From NCBI GenBank assembly GCA_035550655.1, contig DASZOU010000023.1:26416-90415 (forward strand): a DNA stretch of 64,000 nucleotides, given 5' to 3'. The first letter of the stretch is position 1. Each line of letters opens with the position of its first letter. The notes under the pieces are model-generated. The model was given only the letters and a program-made list of their open reading frames with translations. It was not told where the DNA came from and made no database searches. This stretch comes from Mycobacteriales bacterium (GTDB lineage: Bacteria; Actinomycetota; Actinomycetes; JAFAQI01). A program made the position numbers and the translations under genes. This document shows positions 20,361 to 29,611 of the stretch, in pieces.

Positions 20361-21456
20361 CCGATAAGGCCCCCGAGTCCGTGCCTTGCGTCGTCGTTTC
20401 CGCCCCCCGAGCCGACCTGCGCGACGAGTGCTGCTGGGCGATCCTCCGAGATGTTCCATCCGCGCGTACGGTGCGCTACGACGTCGTGACGCTGCCAGGC
20501 GGACGGGGCTTCCGCCGCACCATCAGTGAGAGCGGCTGCCTTGTCGAGCAGCACGAAATCGACATCACGACCCACTGCATGACCTGCGCAATCCGCATCG
20601 ACCGCTCGTCACCCTCGAGCGCCTGCGGCGCAGCGGCAGCTCTCCGGTCATCGTGGGCCTACCGGTCGGGACGAACGTCTCGTCGGTCGTCGCCGCGCTC
20701 GATGGCGGCGTCCGGATCGAACCCGAGCTGTCCCCAGTCGCCGTGCGCAGCGTGGTACTCGCCGTTGACGCCATGACGGTCGTCGAGGACCTCACCGGGG
20801 AGGACCAGCTCGTCGACCGGGGGCAGCACTGGGAGGACACGGACCGCCGCTCCGTGGGCGAAGTACTGGCGGCCGGCATCGACTTCGCCGACCAGGTCAT
20901 CATCGACGGCGACGGCGATCCGGCCGCGCGGGCGTTGCTCTCCCACCTCGCGGGAGCCCGCGTGTCGGACCTGCAAAGCCTGGACGGGCGGCGCCTGGTC
21001 GGGACGAACCGCGACCCAGAGGCCGCCTACAGCCGCATCGACCCGCTGCAGGTCAGGCCCGACGGGGACACGACGCTCAGCGGCGCTTGGACTCTCGACC
21101 TCGCGTCGTGGCGGCCGATGCACCCCGAACGGCTCCACCGTCGACTGGCCGACCTCGCCACCGGGCGGCTGCGCGGTCGCGGTCGTTTCTGGCTGCCGAC
21201 CCGGCCCGACACCGTTTGCGTCTGGGACAACGCCGGGGCGCAGCTCAGCGTCGGCGACGGCGGCGACTGGAGTGGCGAGGCACCCAGCACCCGCCTCGTC
21301 ATCACCGGGATCGACACCGCAGACCGAGATCGAATCCTCGATGCCTTCGAAGCCACCCTGATGACCGACAGCGAGCTCGTGCGAGGGCTGGCCAGCTGGG
21401 TCGGGCGCGACGACGGCCTGGACACCTGGCTGGGCTCGAGAACGACCATCACATGA
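20348..21456 (+). pseudogene. CobW/P47K (Mrf-like) zinc-associated protein, frameshifted at ~20603
   Basis: Frame A gives HCMTCAIRID; frame B resumes LVTLERL...VIVGLPVG, then QIDFADQV-like, RPMHPERL and RGRGRFWLPTRP CobW_C motifs; one base missing at GAC-CG-CTC. Confidence 0.72.
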
Positions 21457-21489
21457 GCGACGAGGGGTGCAGCGTGGAGTGCTGATCGC

Positions 21490-21562
21490 ATGTGACATTG
21501 GTGTCGCGAATCGCGACGTCTATGTGACATGCGTGTCGTGATTCACCGCCCCTATGTGACAT
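21490..21562. repeat. 32-bp-period degenerate tandem repeat with ATGTGACAT core (3 cores)
   Basis: ATGTGACAT at 21490, 21522 and 21554; units 1 and 2 also share GTGTCG. Confidence 0.8.
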
Positions 21563-21575
21563 ACGAGCGAGCCGG

Positions 21576-21980
21576 TTACTCCGAAGTCTTCTTCTTCGCC
21601 CGAGGAACGGCTACCGGACGCGGCCTGACACCCGAGAGCGGGTAGCCGGCCGCCCGCATCGCAGCCAATGCCTCGGCCAGGATCCGTTCGCCGTCCTCCT
21701 CGGTCCGCCGCATCATCAAGAACTCGTACGGCGTACGCGGGAAGAACCGAGGGCGCACCGCGGCAGGGGCCGATCCACGCTCCAACGAAGCCGGCCCGCT
21801 GCACACCTGGCACGGCCAGTCGGTCGGCGGCTCGATGTCGGCCGCGAAGGCGGCGGATGTGTGGTGATCAGAGGCACACCAGTAGTGCGCGACGCGCCGT
21901 GCAGCTGGTTCCCCGCCTCGGTCGATCTGGTTGCTGGCTGACACGAGCCGGTTGCCGCGCATGCCCGAGCGCCGCTTCAT
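21576..21980 (-). CDS. rbpA: RbpA-family RNA polymerase-binding protein (divergent paralogue)
   Basis: MRGNRL...DRG..AARR..YWC..DH...FAADIEPP.DWPCQVC...PRTPYEFLMMRRTEE aligns by eye with the RbpA core and sigma-interaction domain. Confidence 0.82.
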   Translation of the reverse strand: MKRRSGMRGNRLVSASNQIDRGGEPAARRVAHYWCASDHHTSAAFAADIEPPTDWPCQVCSGPASLERGSAPAAVRPRFFPRTPYEFLMMRRTEEDGERILAEALAAMRAAGYPLSGVRPRPVAVPRAKKKTSE

Positions 21981-22666
21981 GCCGCGCTCACCGCGGGCAG
22001 CAGCCCCTCATGACGCGCGACGCGAACCGCGAGCGCCACCGTCACCGCGGCGCCCAGCACTGCCGCGGAAGGCGTGAACACCGTCTTGGCCGCGACGAAC
22101 CCGGTCACCGACAACGACTGCAGCAACCACAGCGTCACTCCGGCCTTGACCGCGCAGATCGCGGCCCACATCACGGTCAGCCTCGTGAACAGCGACTGGA
22201 CGCGGGGTCGCGCCGCCACGTCGTGGGTCATCGGGTAGAACTCTGCAGCCAACCGCGCCACCGCCGGTCTGGCCGTCAGCAAGGACAGCAAGAAGACGGC
22301 TGACACCACGGCATCGCCGAGTGCCGGCTGCAAGAAGTAGACGAGCGTGCTGCCGGTGGCGAAGGCCAAAATCGTCTTGCCGGTCAGCCCAGCGACGGTG
22401 AGCCACAGCAGCGCCGAGGTAGGCCGCCTCGTCCGCATCCGCCACAGCACGCTGGCGTAGCACCAGGTGAGCGCGGCCACCAGGGCGACCCAGATGTCAG
22501 CAACGAGGAGGCAGACGTAGAACAAGGCCGTCGGCACGACGATGGCGACCAGGAGATTCGTCGCGATCCGCCGAACCACAGTCGCGACCCGGGGCCCCGG
22601 CGGCAACGCCGGTAGAGAGCGCGACGGCGCCGGGCAGTTCGTGTCCGGCGCCGGCGCGGTCATCAT
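21977..22666 (-). CDS. Polytopic membrane protein (VC0807/DUF3159-like)
   Basis: About six hydrophobic segments; YFLQP and RPAVARLAAEFYP patterns; TGATG coupling to cspA. Confidence 0.6.
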   Translation of the reverse strand: MMTAPAPDTNCPAPSRSLPALPPGPRVATVVRRIATNLLVAIVVPTALFYVCLLVADIWVALVAALTWCYASVLWRMRTRRPTSALLWLTVAGLTGKTILAFATGSTLVYFLQPALGDAVVSAVFLLSLLTARPAVARLAAEFYPMTHDVAARPRVQSLFTRLTVMWAAICAVKAGVTLWLLQSLSVTGFVAAKTVFTPSAAVLGAAVTVALAVRVARHEGLLPAVSAA

Positions 22667-22869
22667 CAGACCGGATGAACGTTGGCGGCCTGCGGGCCCT
22701 TCTGGCCTGCAGTCACCTCGAACTCGACCCGCTGGTTCTCGTCAAGGCTGCGGTAGCCGTCGGTGGCAATCGACGAGTGATGAACGAAGACGTCGGCGCC
22801 GCCGCCGTCCTGCTCGATGAACCCGAAGCCCTTTTCCGCATTGAACCACTTGACCGTGCCTTGCGCCAT
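22666..22869 (-). CDS. cspA: Cold-shock protein
   Basis: [23 protein letters not shown] (RNP1/RNP2); GGAGG RBS. Confidence 0.97.
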   Translation of the reverse strand: MAQGTVKWFNAEKGFGFIEQDGGGADVFVHHSSIATDGYRSLDENQRVEFEVTAGQKGPQAANVHPV

Positions 22870-22960
22870 CTTCTTGTCCCTCCGGGAATCCAGGTACGCA
22901 CACTGCGGACCGGTGGTCACACGGAGCCTGACGGCCGGCGAAAAGACAATCGCGACAAGC

Positions 22961-22994
22961 AAAAAGCGCCCGCTGTCGACATCCCGCGGGCGCT
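22961..22994 (-). terminator. Intrinsic terminator-like hairpin upstream of cspA
   Basis: Minus strand AGCGCCCGC-N12-GCGGGCGCT-TTTTG. Confidence 0.7.
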
Positions 22995-23104
22995 CAAGAA
23001 CGTTCGAGAAATGCAAACTGCAACCGCTTTGACGCTACCACGCTGCGCCCTTGCTGTCTGGTTCGGAATCCGCCGCGGACCACGCCGGCTGTCGGCTCCT
23101 CGGC

Positions 23105-23998
23105 TCAGCTGTCCGCTACGACCCGGAAACCGATGTTTCCCGTCGAGTCGCCGGGGTGGCTGTGGTCTCGCGCCGCGACGCGGTAGCGGTTGCAGTAAGA
23201 GTCGTGGCAGAGATACGACCCGCCGCGCCGAACGCGCTGGTCCGGATCGGTGTTGCCGTCGACGGACCACGCGTCGGCAGTCCACTCCCACACGTTCCCG
23301 ACAACTTGATAGAGACCGAAGCCGTTCGGCCGGTAGCTCTTGACCGGCGCCGTGCCCAGATATCCGTCGCGCTGCGTGTTGTGCGTCGGGAACTCGCCCT
23401 GCCAGATGTTGCAGCGCCACCTCCCATCGGGGCACAGCTCATCGCCCCACGGATACACGGCGCCCTCCAGCCCGCCCCTTGCCGCCCGCTCCCACTCCGC
23501 TTCCGACGGCAGCCGGGTGCCGGACCACGCGCAGTACGCCTCGGCGTCACGTGCGGAGACGTGTACGACGGGATGGTCCTGCCGGCTGGCCACGTCGGAG
23601 CCTGGGCCCATCGGCGCCCGCCAGCTCGCGCCCTGGACGGCGCACCACCACTCCGCGCCGGCGACCCGTCCCGTGACGGCAGCGGGATCGGAGACCAGGG
23701 CGTCGAACACGAACGACCAGCCGGCGGACTCGGCCTCGGTGACGTAGCCGGCGGCCTTGGCGAACGCTGCGAACTGCTGGTTGGTGACCGCCGCGGGGCC
23801 GATCCGGAAGCCCTCGAGTGTCACCCGGCGCACCGGGCCCTCGCCCTCGCGCGGGTTGGCGAGCGGACCGTCGTAGCCCATCGAGAAGGTCCCTGCGGGT
23901 ATCGCCACGAGCGGCGGCTTGCGCCGGCTTCGTGCAGCGGCGCCGCCCGCAACAGGCGAGTCGTCACGGCCGGCACCCGGCGCGCAACACGAACTCAC
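23105..23998 (-). CDS. Formylglycine-generating enzyme (SUMF1 family)
   Basis: HPVVHVS, RLPSEAEWE, GNVWEW, RGGSYLCHDSYCNRYR with both catalytic Cys. Confidence 0.9.
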   Translation of the reverse strand: MSSCCAPGAGRDDSPVAGGAAARSRRKPPLVAIPAGTFSMGYDGPLANPREGEGPVRRVTLEGFRIGPAAVTNQQFAAFAKAAGYVTEAESAGWSFVFDALVSDPAAVTGRVAGAEWWCAVQGASWRAPMGPGSDVASRQDHPVVHVSARDAEAYCAWSGTRLPSEAEWERAARGGLEGAVYPWGDELCPDGRWRCNIWQGEFPTHNTQRDGYLGTAPVKSYRPNGFGLYQVVGNVWEWTADAWSVDGNTDPDQRVRRGGSYLCHDSYCNRYRVAARDHSHPGDSTGNIGFRVVADS

Positions 23999-24004
23999 CC
24001 CGCC

Positions 24005-24010
24005 ACGATA
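24005..24010 (-). promoter_or_regulatory. -10 hexamer TATCGT of a leaderless FGE promoter
   Basis: TANNNT 6 nt before GTG 23998. Confidence 0.55.
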
Positions 24011-24043
24011 GAAAGATCTGACACCGTCGAGTCGGAGGCCACC

Positions 24044-25513
24044 GTGACCGCACCTGTTGCCCATCCAGATCGCTTCTTCATCGGCGGCGACTGGGTCACG
24101 CCCTCGTCGACGGCGATGATCGACGTCATCGACTCCTCCAACGAGGAGGTCTACTTCTCGGTCGCGGAAGCGCAGGCCGAGGACATGGACCGCGCGATCG
24201 CGGCCGCGCGGGATGCGTTCGACAACGGGCCGTGGCCGTTCCTCAGCCACGCCGAGCGGGCTGACCACCTCCGCGCGCTGGGCAAGGAGGTCGCCGCACG
24301 AGGTGACGCTCTCGGCGAGATCTGGCCGCGGGAATCCGGGATCCTCGCGATCATGGCGAAGTACGCCGCGCCGGCGTTCGCCACGGTCTTCGACTACTAC
24401 GCGGGACTCGCCGACACCTTCGCGTGGGAGGAGCGTGCGCAGCCGACCGGGGGTGGCGCGTTCGGGTTGATCGTGCGAGAGCCGGTCGGCGTCGTGGGCG
24501 CGATCATCCCCTGGAACGCGCCGATCCAGCTCGCGATCTACAAGATGGCGCCGGCCCTGCTGGCGGGATGCACTGTGGTGCTGAAGGCCTCACCAGAGGC
24601 GCCGGGCGCGGCGTACCTGCTGGCGGAGGCGGCCGAGGCGGCCGGCCTCCCGCCGGGCGTCGTCAACGTCCTGACCGCGGACCGCGAGGTCTCCGAACGC
24701 CTCGTCACCGACGCCCGCGTCGACAAGATCGCCTTCACGGGCTCGACCGCGGCCGGCCGAAGGATCGCGTCACTGTGCGGGGAGCGGATCGCTCGCTACA
24801 CCCTGGAGCTCGGCGGAAAGTCGGCCGCGGTGATCCTCGACGACGCCGACCTCGCACAGGCGGCAGCGGCGATCTCCGGCGCGGAGTGCATGATCTCCGG
24901 CCAGGTGTGCTCCTCGCTCACCCGACTCGTGGTCCCCCGCAACCGGCACGACGAGTTCGTCGACGCGCTCGCCGGCACGTTCTCCAAGGTCGTCGTCGGC
25001 GACCCGTTCGACGACGCCACCCAGATGGGTCCGCTCGCAATGGAACGGCAGCGCGACAAGGTCCTCAGCCTGATCGAGCAGGGCAAGAGCGAAGCGAAGC
25101 TGGTGACCGGCGGCGGCCGGCCCGCCCACCTCGAACGCGGCTACTACGTCGAGCCGACCGTCTTCGCCGGCGTCGACAACTCCGCGACGATCGCCCAGGA
25201 GGAGATCTTCGGGCCGGTCCTGTCGGTCATCCCCGCCGCCGACGAAGAGGACGCGATCCGGATCGCGAACGACACGATCTACGGCCTCAACGCATCGGTA
25301 TTCACCCCGGATGCTGACCGCGCCCGCGCCGTCGCCGCTCGGCTGCGCTCGGGCACGGTCGGCCACAACGGCTTCCGGACCGACTTCGGCATCGCCTTCG
25401 GCGGCTTCAAGCAGTCGGGCATCGGGCGCGAAGGTGGCGTCGAGGGCCTGCTCCCCTACCTGGAGACGAAGACGGTCATCCTCGAGGACACCCCAAGCAC
25501 CTACCGCGGCTAG
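24044..25513 (+). CDS. NAD(P)-dependent aldehyde dehydrogenase
   Basis: IIPWNAP, FTGSTAAG, LELGGKS, SGQVC, EEIFGPV; GGAGG RBS. Confidence 0.93.
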   Translation: MTAPVAHPDRFFIGGDWVTPSSTAMIDVIDSSNEEVYFSVAEAQAEDMDRAIAAARDAFDNGPWPFLSHAERADHLRALGKEVAARGDALGEIWPRESGILAIMAKYAAPAFATVFDYYAGLADTFAWEERAQPTGGGAFGLIVREPVGVVGAIIPWNAPIQLAIYKMAPALLAGCTVVLKASPEAPGAAYLLAEAAEAAGLPPGVVNVLTADREVSERLVTDARVDKIAFTGSTAAGRRIASLCGERIARYTLELGGKSAAVILDDADLAQAAAAISGAECMISGQVCSSLTRLVVPRNRHDEFVDALAGTFSKVVVGDPFDDATQMGPLAMERQRDKVLSLIEQGKSEAKLVTGGGRPAHLERGYYVEPTVFAGVDNSATIAQEEIFGPVLSVIPAADEEDAIRIANDTIYGLNASVFTPDADRARAVAARLRSGTVGHNGFRTDFGIAFGGFKQSGIGREGGVEGLLPYLETKTVILEDTPSTYRG

Positions 25514-25547
25514 AGGTACTCGCCTGGCGTCGCCGAACCGTTAGCGA

Positions 25548-27368
25548 ATGCGAGCCGTTCGCCTCGGACTGACACTTGCCACGCTGCTGGTGACCGCCAC
25601 CGTCCCCGTGATCAGCTCGACCGCGGCGGCTGCCGGAACCGCGGAGAAGCAGGGCTACATCCCGATGAAAGACGGGGTGAAGCTCGAGTACACCGTCGAG
25701 CTCCCGGCCCGGACCGGACGCTTCCCGGTCGCACTCGTGTACGACGGCTACTGCGAGGGAGCGGGGCCACTCACCTGCAACGACACCCAGACCGCGCCGG
25801 CGCTCCTTCACGCGGGATTCGCGGTGCTCGGAGTCAGCATTCGCGGCACGAGCTGCTCGACCGGGCACTTCGACCCGATGACCGGCCAGGAGTGGCGGGA
25901 CGGCGCCGCCGCCGTGGAGTGGGCCGCGCGGCAACCCTGGTCCACCGGACACGTCGGGATGTTCGGCGACTCGTTCCCGGGAATCACCCAGCTCGGTGTC
26001 GCCGGACTGCGCCCGCCGCACCTTGACGCGATCGCACCGTTCCAGGTGACCACCGACGTCTACCGCGACGTCGGCTACCCCGGTGGGATCGCCAATGTCG
26101 CGTTCGGGGCGTTCTGGCCGCTGGTGGACCAGCCCAACGCGTCCTTCGGAAGCGGCACCCGGCAGACGGTGAAGGCGAAGGACGCGGGCTGCGCCCAGGC
26201 GCAGGCGGTCCACGCCGCGAACCTTGCGGCCGCGCACAACCTCTCCTTGCAGGGTCTGCTGCACCAGTACGACGGTGCCTGGTGGCAGGCAAGGGAGCCC
26301 GGCGCGAACAGCGCACGGATCGACATTCCCACCTTCGGTTGCGAGAGCTGGCAGGACGACGAAGTCGGCAGCCGCGGCTCGGCGTACCTGAGCTCGCTCG
26401 ATCCCGCGAAGACCTGGGTAGTTGCCAGCAACGGCTATCACGCAATGTGCGAGCTCTCTGCTCCCCGAATCGCCCGCGAGCTGGTCGCGTTCTTCAACCG
26501 GTTCGTCAAGGGCCGGCACAACGGCTTCGAGCACAACACGCCGCACATCCAGGTGTGGCATGACACGGCGGTCAAAGGCGGGGACAACACACCCGGGTGG
26601 ATCTCGCGCTACAGGTCGTTCGCGTCGATCCCGGTGCGGCCGGTCAGCTTGTATCTCCGGCACGAGGGCGCTCTGTCACTCAAACCTCCGAGGGACAACG
26701 CCGCGACGAACAGCTACCTGTACCCAGGACCGTCGTTGGGCAACGAGGACGGCGTCGTCGCGGGCCAGCAGAACAAGCTGTGGAAGGTGCAGGAGCCAAC
26801 TGGTGCATCGGTCGCGTACACAACGCCGCGGCTGACCCGCGACACAGAGTTCTTCGGATCCGGCTCGGCGAACCTGTGGGTCAGCTCCACTGCGCCGGAC
26901 ACCGATCTGCAGATCACGCTCACCGAGGTCCGCCCGGACGGCCAAGAGGTATACGTCGCGCGAGGCTGGCTGCGTGCCTCTCACCGGGCGCTCGCCCGGA
27001 AGCGTTCGACCACACTCGCACCGGTCCACACCGACCAGGAGTCAGACGCACGGTCACTGACGCCTGACCGGCCCACCTATCTGCGGGTTCAGCTCTGGCC
27101 GTTCGACTACGTCTTCCGCAAGGGCTCGCGGCTACGGCTGTGGATCGACGCCCCCACCGGGTTCACCGGCCTGTGGTCGTTCAACTTCCTCAACAGTCCG
27201 GCCGTGAACACCGTGTACGCCGACGAGCGGCATCCCTCGGCCCTGGTCCTGGGGCATCTCATGGGCGGACGAGCCCGCGCCGGTCTCCCCGCCTGCGACA
27301 CACTGCTCAACCAGCCGTGCCGGCCGAACCAGGCCCCGCTGCCGGCCGGATCGATGACGATTCGGTGA
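25548..27368 (+). CDS. Secreted CocE/NonD-family hydrolase
   Basis: Signal peptide, IPMKDGVKL, GMFGDSFPG nucleophile elbow, C-terminal jelly-roll (FFGSG, ARGWLRAS, FRKGSRLRL). Confidence 0.85.
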   Translation: MRAVRLGLTLATLLVTATVPVISSTAAAAGTAEKQGYIPMKDGVKLEYTVELPARTGRFPVALVYDGYCEGAGPLTCNDTQTAPALLHAGFAVLGVSIRGTSCSTGHFDPMTGQEWRDGAAAVEWAARQPWSTGHVGMFGDSFPGITQLGVAGLRPPHLDAIAPFQVTTDVYRDVGYPGGIANVAFGAFWPLVDQPNASFGSGTRQTVKAKDAGCAQAQAVHAANLAAAHNLSLQGLLHQYDGAWWQAREPGANSARIDIPTFGCESWQDDEVGSRGSAYLSSLDPAKTWVVASNGYHAMCELSAPRIARELVAFFNRFVKGRHNGFEHNTPHIQVWHDTAVKGGDNTPGWISRYRSFASIPVRPVSLYLRHEGALSLKPPRDNAATNSYLYPGPSLGNEDGVVAGQQNKLWKVQEPTGASVAYTTPRLTRDTEFFGSGSANLWVSSTAPDTDLQITLTEVRPDGQEVYVARGWLRASHRALARKRSTTLAPVHTDQESDARSLTPDRPTYLRVQLWPFDYVFRKGSRLRLWIDAPTGFTGLWSFNFLNSPAVNTVYADERHPSALVLGHLMGGRARAGLPACDTLLNQPCRPNQAPLPAGSMTIR

Positions 27369-27380
27369 ACCGGCACCGGC

Positions 27381-28196
27381 CTACTGCACGGCGGACCCGT
27401 GGTGCGGCGGGCGCATCTCCACCTCCGAGGCAAGACCGACCACCGTCGCGATGCCGACCGGCCCGAACCGGTCCACCATCACCGCCGAACCCACCGACAC
27501 CCCGTCTGCTTCCTGGCGGTCACGCGCGGCCATGCCGAGCATCGTCCCCTGCGGCTCACGGCTGAGCAGCAGGGTGACGTCGGAGTTGACGAACTGCAGA
27601 CCCTCGCTCCCCCAGTTCGTCAACGGGTTGGCGACGTCCGCGACCGCGGCGGCCCGCACGAACGGCGACGTCGGCTCGCCGTCGACCAGCTGGGCGTCGA
27701 AGTCGTACCAGACGAACTTCTCCTGGCTGGCGTCCCGCCAGGGTTCAAAGTCCGCAGCAGGCTGCGCGAGGCGCCCGACATAGGGCTTGGGGCCAAAGAG
27801 CGGCGTCTCCTCGGGCGCCGGCGGCGCCGGCATCGTCACCGCGGGTGACCAGACGTCGCCGGTCGGCGGCTTCGAGCGCCGGGCGAACACCGCCCGGCCG
27901 TGGGCGACGTTGCGCCCTCCCTGGGTGATCGTCACGTCGACCATCCGCAGCCGGCGGCCTTCACGCAGCACGCTCGACTCGACGCGGAGCTCGTCCATCG
28001 TGGCCATCCGCACCATGTCGACGGTCAGCCGGGTGCCGACGAAGTCCGCATCGCCGCCCGCCTGCTCGGCCCCGTAGCCCACCAGACCCGCCACCACGAG
28101 CCCGCTGACCGTGGTCGGACCCCAAGGACCTACCGCAGCGGCGTTCGGCACGAAGCGGTCCCCCGACCGGGTCAGGAAGGTACGCCGATCTGTCAC
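27381..28196 (-). CDS. Acyl-CoA thioesterase-like (double hot-dog) protein
   Basis: GPWG, RLTVDMVR, REGRRLR, QFVNSDVTL. Confidence 0.75.
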   Translation of the reverse strand: MTDRRTFLTRSGDRFVPNAAAVGPWGPTTVSGLVVAGLVGYGAEQAGGDADFVGTRLTVDMVRMATMDELRVESSVLREGRRLRMVDVTITQGGRNVAHGRAVFARRSKPPTGDVWSPAVTMPAPPAPEETPLFGPKPYVGRLAQPAADFEPWRDASQEKFVWYDFDAQLVDGEPTSPFVRAAAVADVANPLTNWGSEGLQFVNSDVTLLLSREPQGTMLGMAARDRQEADGVSVGSAVMVDRFGPVGIATVVGLASEVEMRPPHHGSAVQ

Positions 28197-28279
28197 CCGC
28201 CCATCCTGCCGCGCGGCGCGCCGAGCCCCGCCGCGGACCCTAGGTGACGCGGGCGTCATAGAACGTGTACAAGTGATGG

Positions 28280-29509
28280 GTGACAGATGTGACCCAGGAC
28301 GCCATCCCCGAAGCCAGCCTGGGCGAGCGGCAGGCCACCGACGACATGACGTCGCTACTGGACTTCTCGGCACCGCACTCCCGGTTCCGCAGCCTCACCG
28401 AGTCCGGCGGCTTCCTCGTGCCGATGGAAGGCATGGCGATGCAGTTCGATCGGGAGACGATCGAATACGTCCTGCACCACCCCGAGCTGTTCTCCTCGCG
28501 GATCGACCTCGGCCTCGGCAACGTGCGCCCGCTCATCCCGCTCAACGTCGACCCGCCGCAGCACTCGAACTACCGGCGACTGCTCGACCCGCTGTTCTCC
28601 CCGAAGAAAATGGCGGCCTACGAGCCCGACATCGCTCGCCGCGCCAACGCGCTCATCGACACGTTCATCGACAACGGAAGCTGCAACTTCTCCGACGACT
28701 TCGCCGACGTGCTTCCCAGCACAGTCTTCCTCGACCTGACCGGCCTGCCGCAGGAGCGGCTCGAGGAGTTCCTGCACCTGCGCGACGGGATCTTGCACCC
28801 CGAGAAGCACGATGAGCTCGCGGCGTTCGACCCCGAGGTGCGCACTCGCGTGCTGTACGGCACCGGCGAGAAGATCTACGCGCTGTTCACCCAGCTCATC
28901 GACGAGCGCCGCAAGCAGCCGGGCGACGACGTCATCTCGGAGTTCCTCGCGGCCGAGGTCGACGGCGAGCGGCTAACTCACGAGGACATCCTCGACATCC
29001 TCTTCCTGTTCCTGATCGCCGGCCTCGACACCGTCAGCGACACCCTCACGTGCATGTACGCCTTCCTCGCGCAGAACCCGGACCACCGCAAGCAGCTGGT
29101 CAACGAGCCCGACTGCATCGACAACGCGGTCGAGGAGATGCTGCGGTGGGAGGCACCGGTCCCGTTCTCCTCGCCGCGATCGGCGACCCAGGACGTGACC
29201 CTGCCCAACGGCTGCCCGGTCACGGCCGGCTCGATGGTGCTGTGCGCATACGGGTCGGCCAACGTCGACCCGACGGAGTACCCGGACGCCCACGACGTCC
29301 GGTTCGACCGGACGCGCAACCGTCACATCACCTTCGGTATGGGCCCGCACCGCTGCCTCGGCTCCCACCTCGCCCGCCGCGAGCTACGGGTCGCGCTGCG
29401 CGAGTGGCACAACCGCATCCCGGAGTACTGGATCACGCCGGGCCACGAGGACCTCGTGTACCCGCCCGGCCTGCGCCACGTGAAAGACCTGATGCTCACC
29501 TGGAAGTAG
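28280..29509 (+). CDS. Cytochrome P450
   Basis: AGLDT I-helix, EEMLR ExxR, FGMGPHRCLG heme-thiolate motif. Confidence 0.95.
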   Translation: MTDVTQDAIPEASLGERQATDDMTSLLDFSAPHSRFRSLTESGGFLVPMEGMAMQFDRETIEYVLHHPELFSSRIDLGLGNVRPLIPLNVDPPQHSNYRRLLDPLFSPKKMAAYEPDIARRANALIDTFIDNGSCNFSDDFADVLPSTVFLDLTGLPQERLEEFLHLRDGILHPEKHDELAAFDPEVRTRVLYGTGEKIYALFTQLIDERRKQPGDDVISEFLAAEVDGERLTHEDILDILFLFLIAGLDTVSDTLTCMYAFLAQNPDHRKQLVNEPDCIDNAVEEMLRWEAPVPFSSPRSATQDVTLPNGCPVTAGSMVLCAYGSANVDPTEYPDAHDVRFDRTRNRHITFGMGPHRCLGSHLARRELRVALREWHNRIPEYWITPGHEDLVYPPGLRHVKDLMLTWK

Positions 29510-29511
29510 GC

Positions 29512-29546
29512 GGGACCTTCGTCGGTCGAGTCGCGACGAAAGACCG
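29512..29546. promoter_or_regulatory. Two DosR-like boxes upstream of the beta-CASP/ftsH operon
   Basis: GGGACCTTCGTCGG (29512) and GCGACGAAAGACCG (29533), two mismatches each to GGGAC-N-WW-N-G-N-CCC. Confidence 0.5.
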
Positions 29547-29611
29547 TCGTCACGCTGCACCCCCGCCGGAGACGGTGCACTCATGCGAGTCGACCGGCGC
29601 TGGCCGCGACC

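Noticed and set aside
23051-25513. 820-aa ALDH with a long N-terminal extension
   Set aside because: The extension is the antisense of FGE; RBS and GTG at 24044 give a normal-length ALDH
25948-25985. CocE nucleophile motif GDSFPG instead of GxSYxG as an inactive enzyme
   Set aside because: Ser is retained and that position contributes a backbone amide in CocE, so Phe is tolerable
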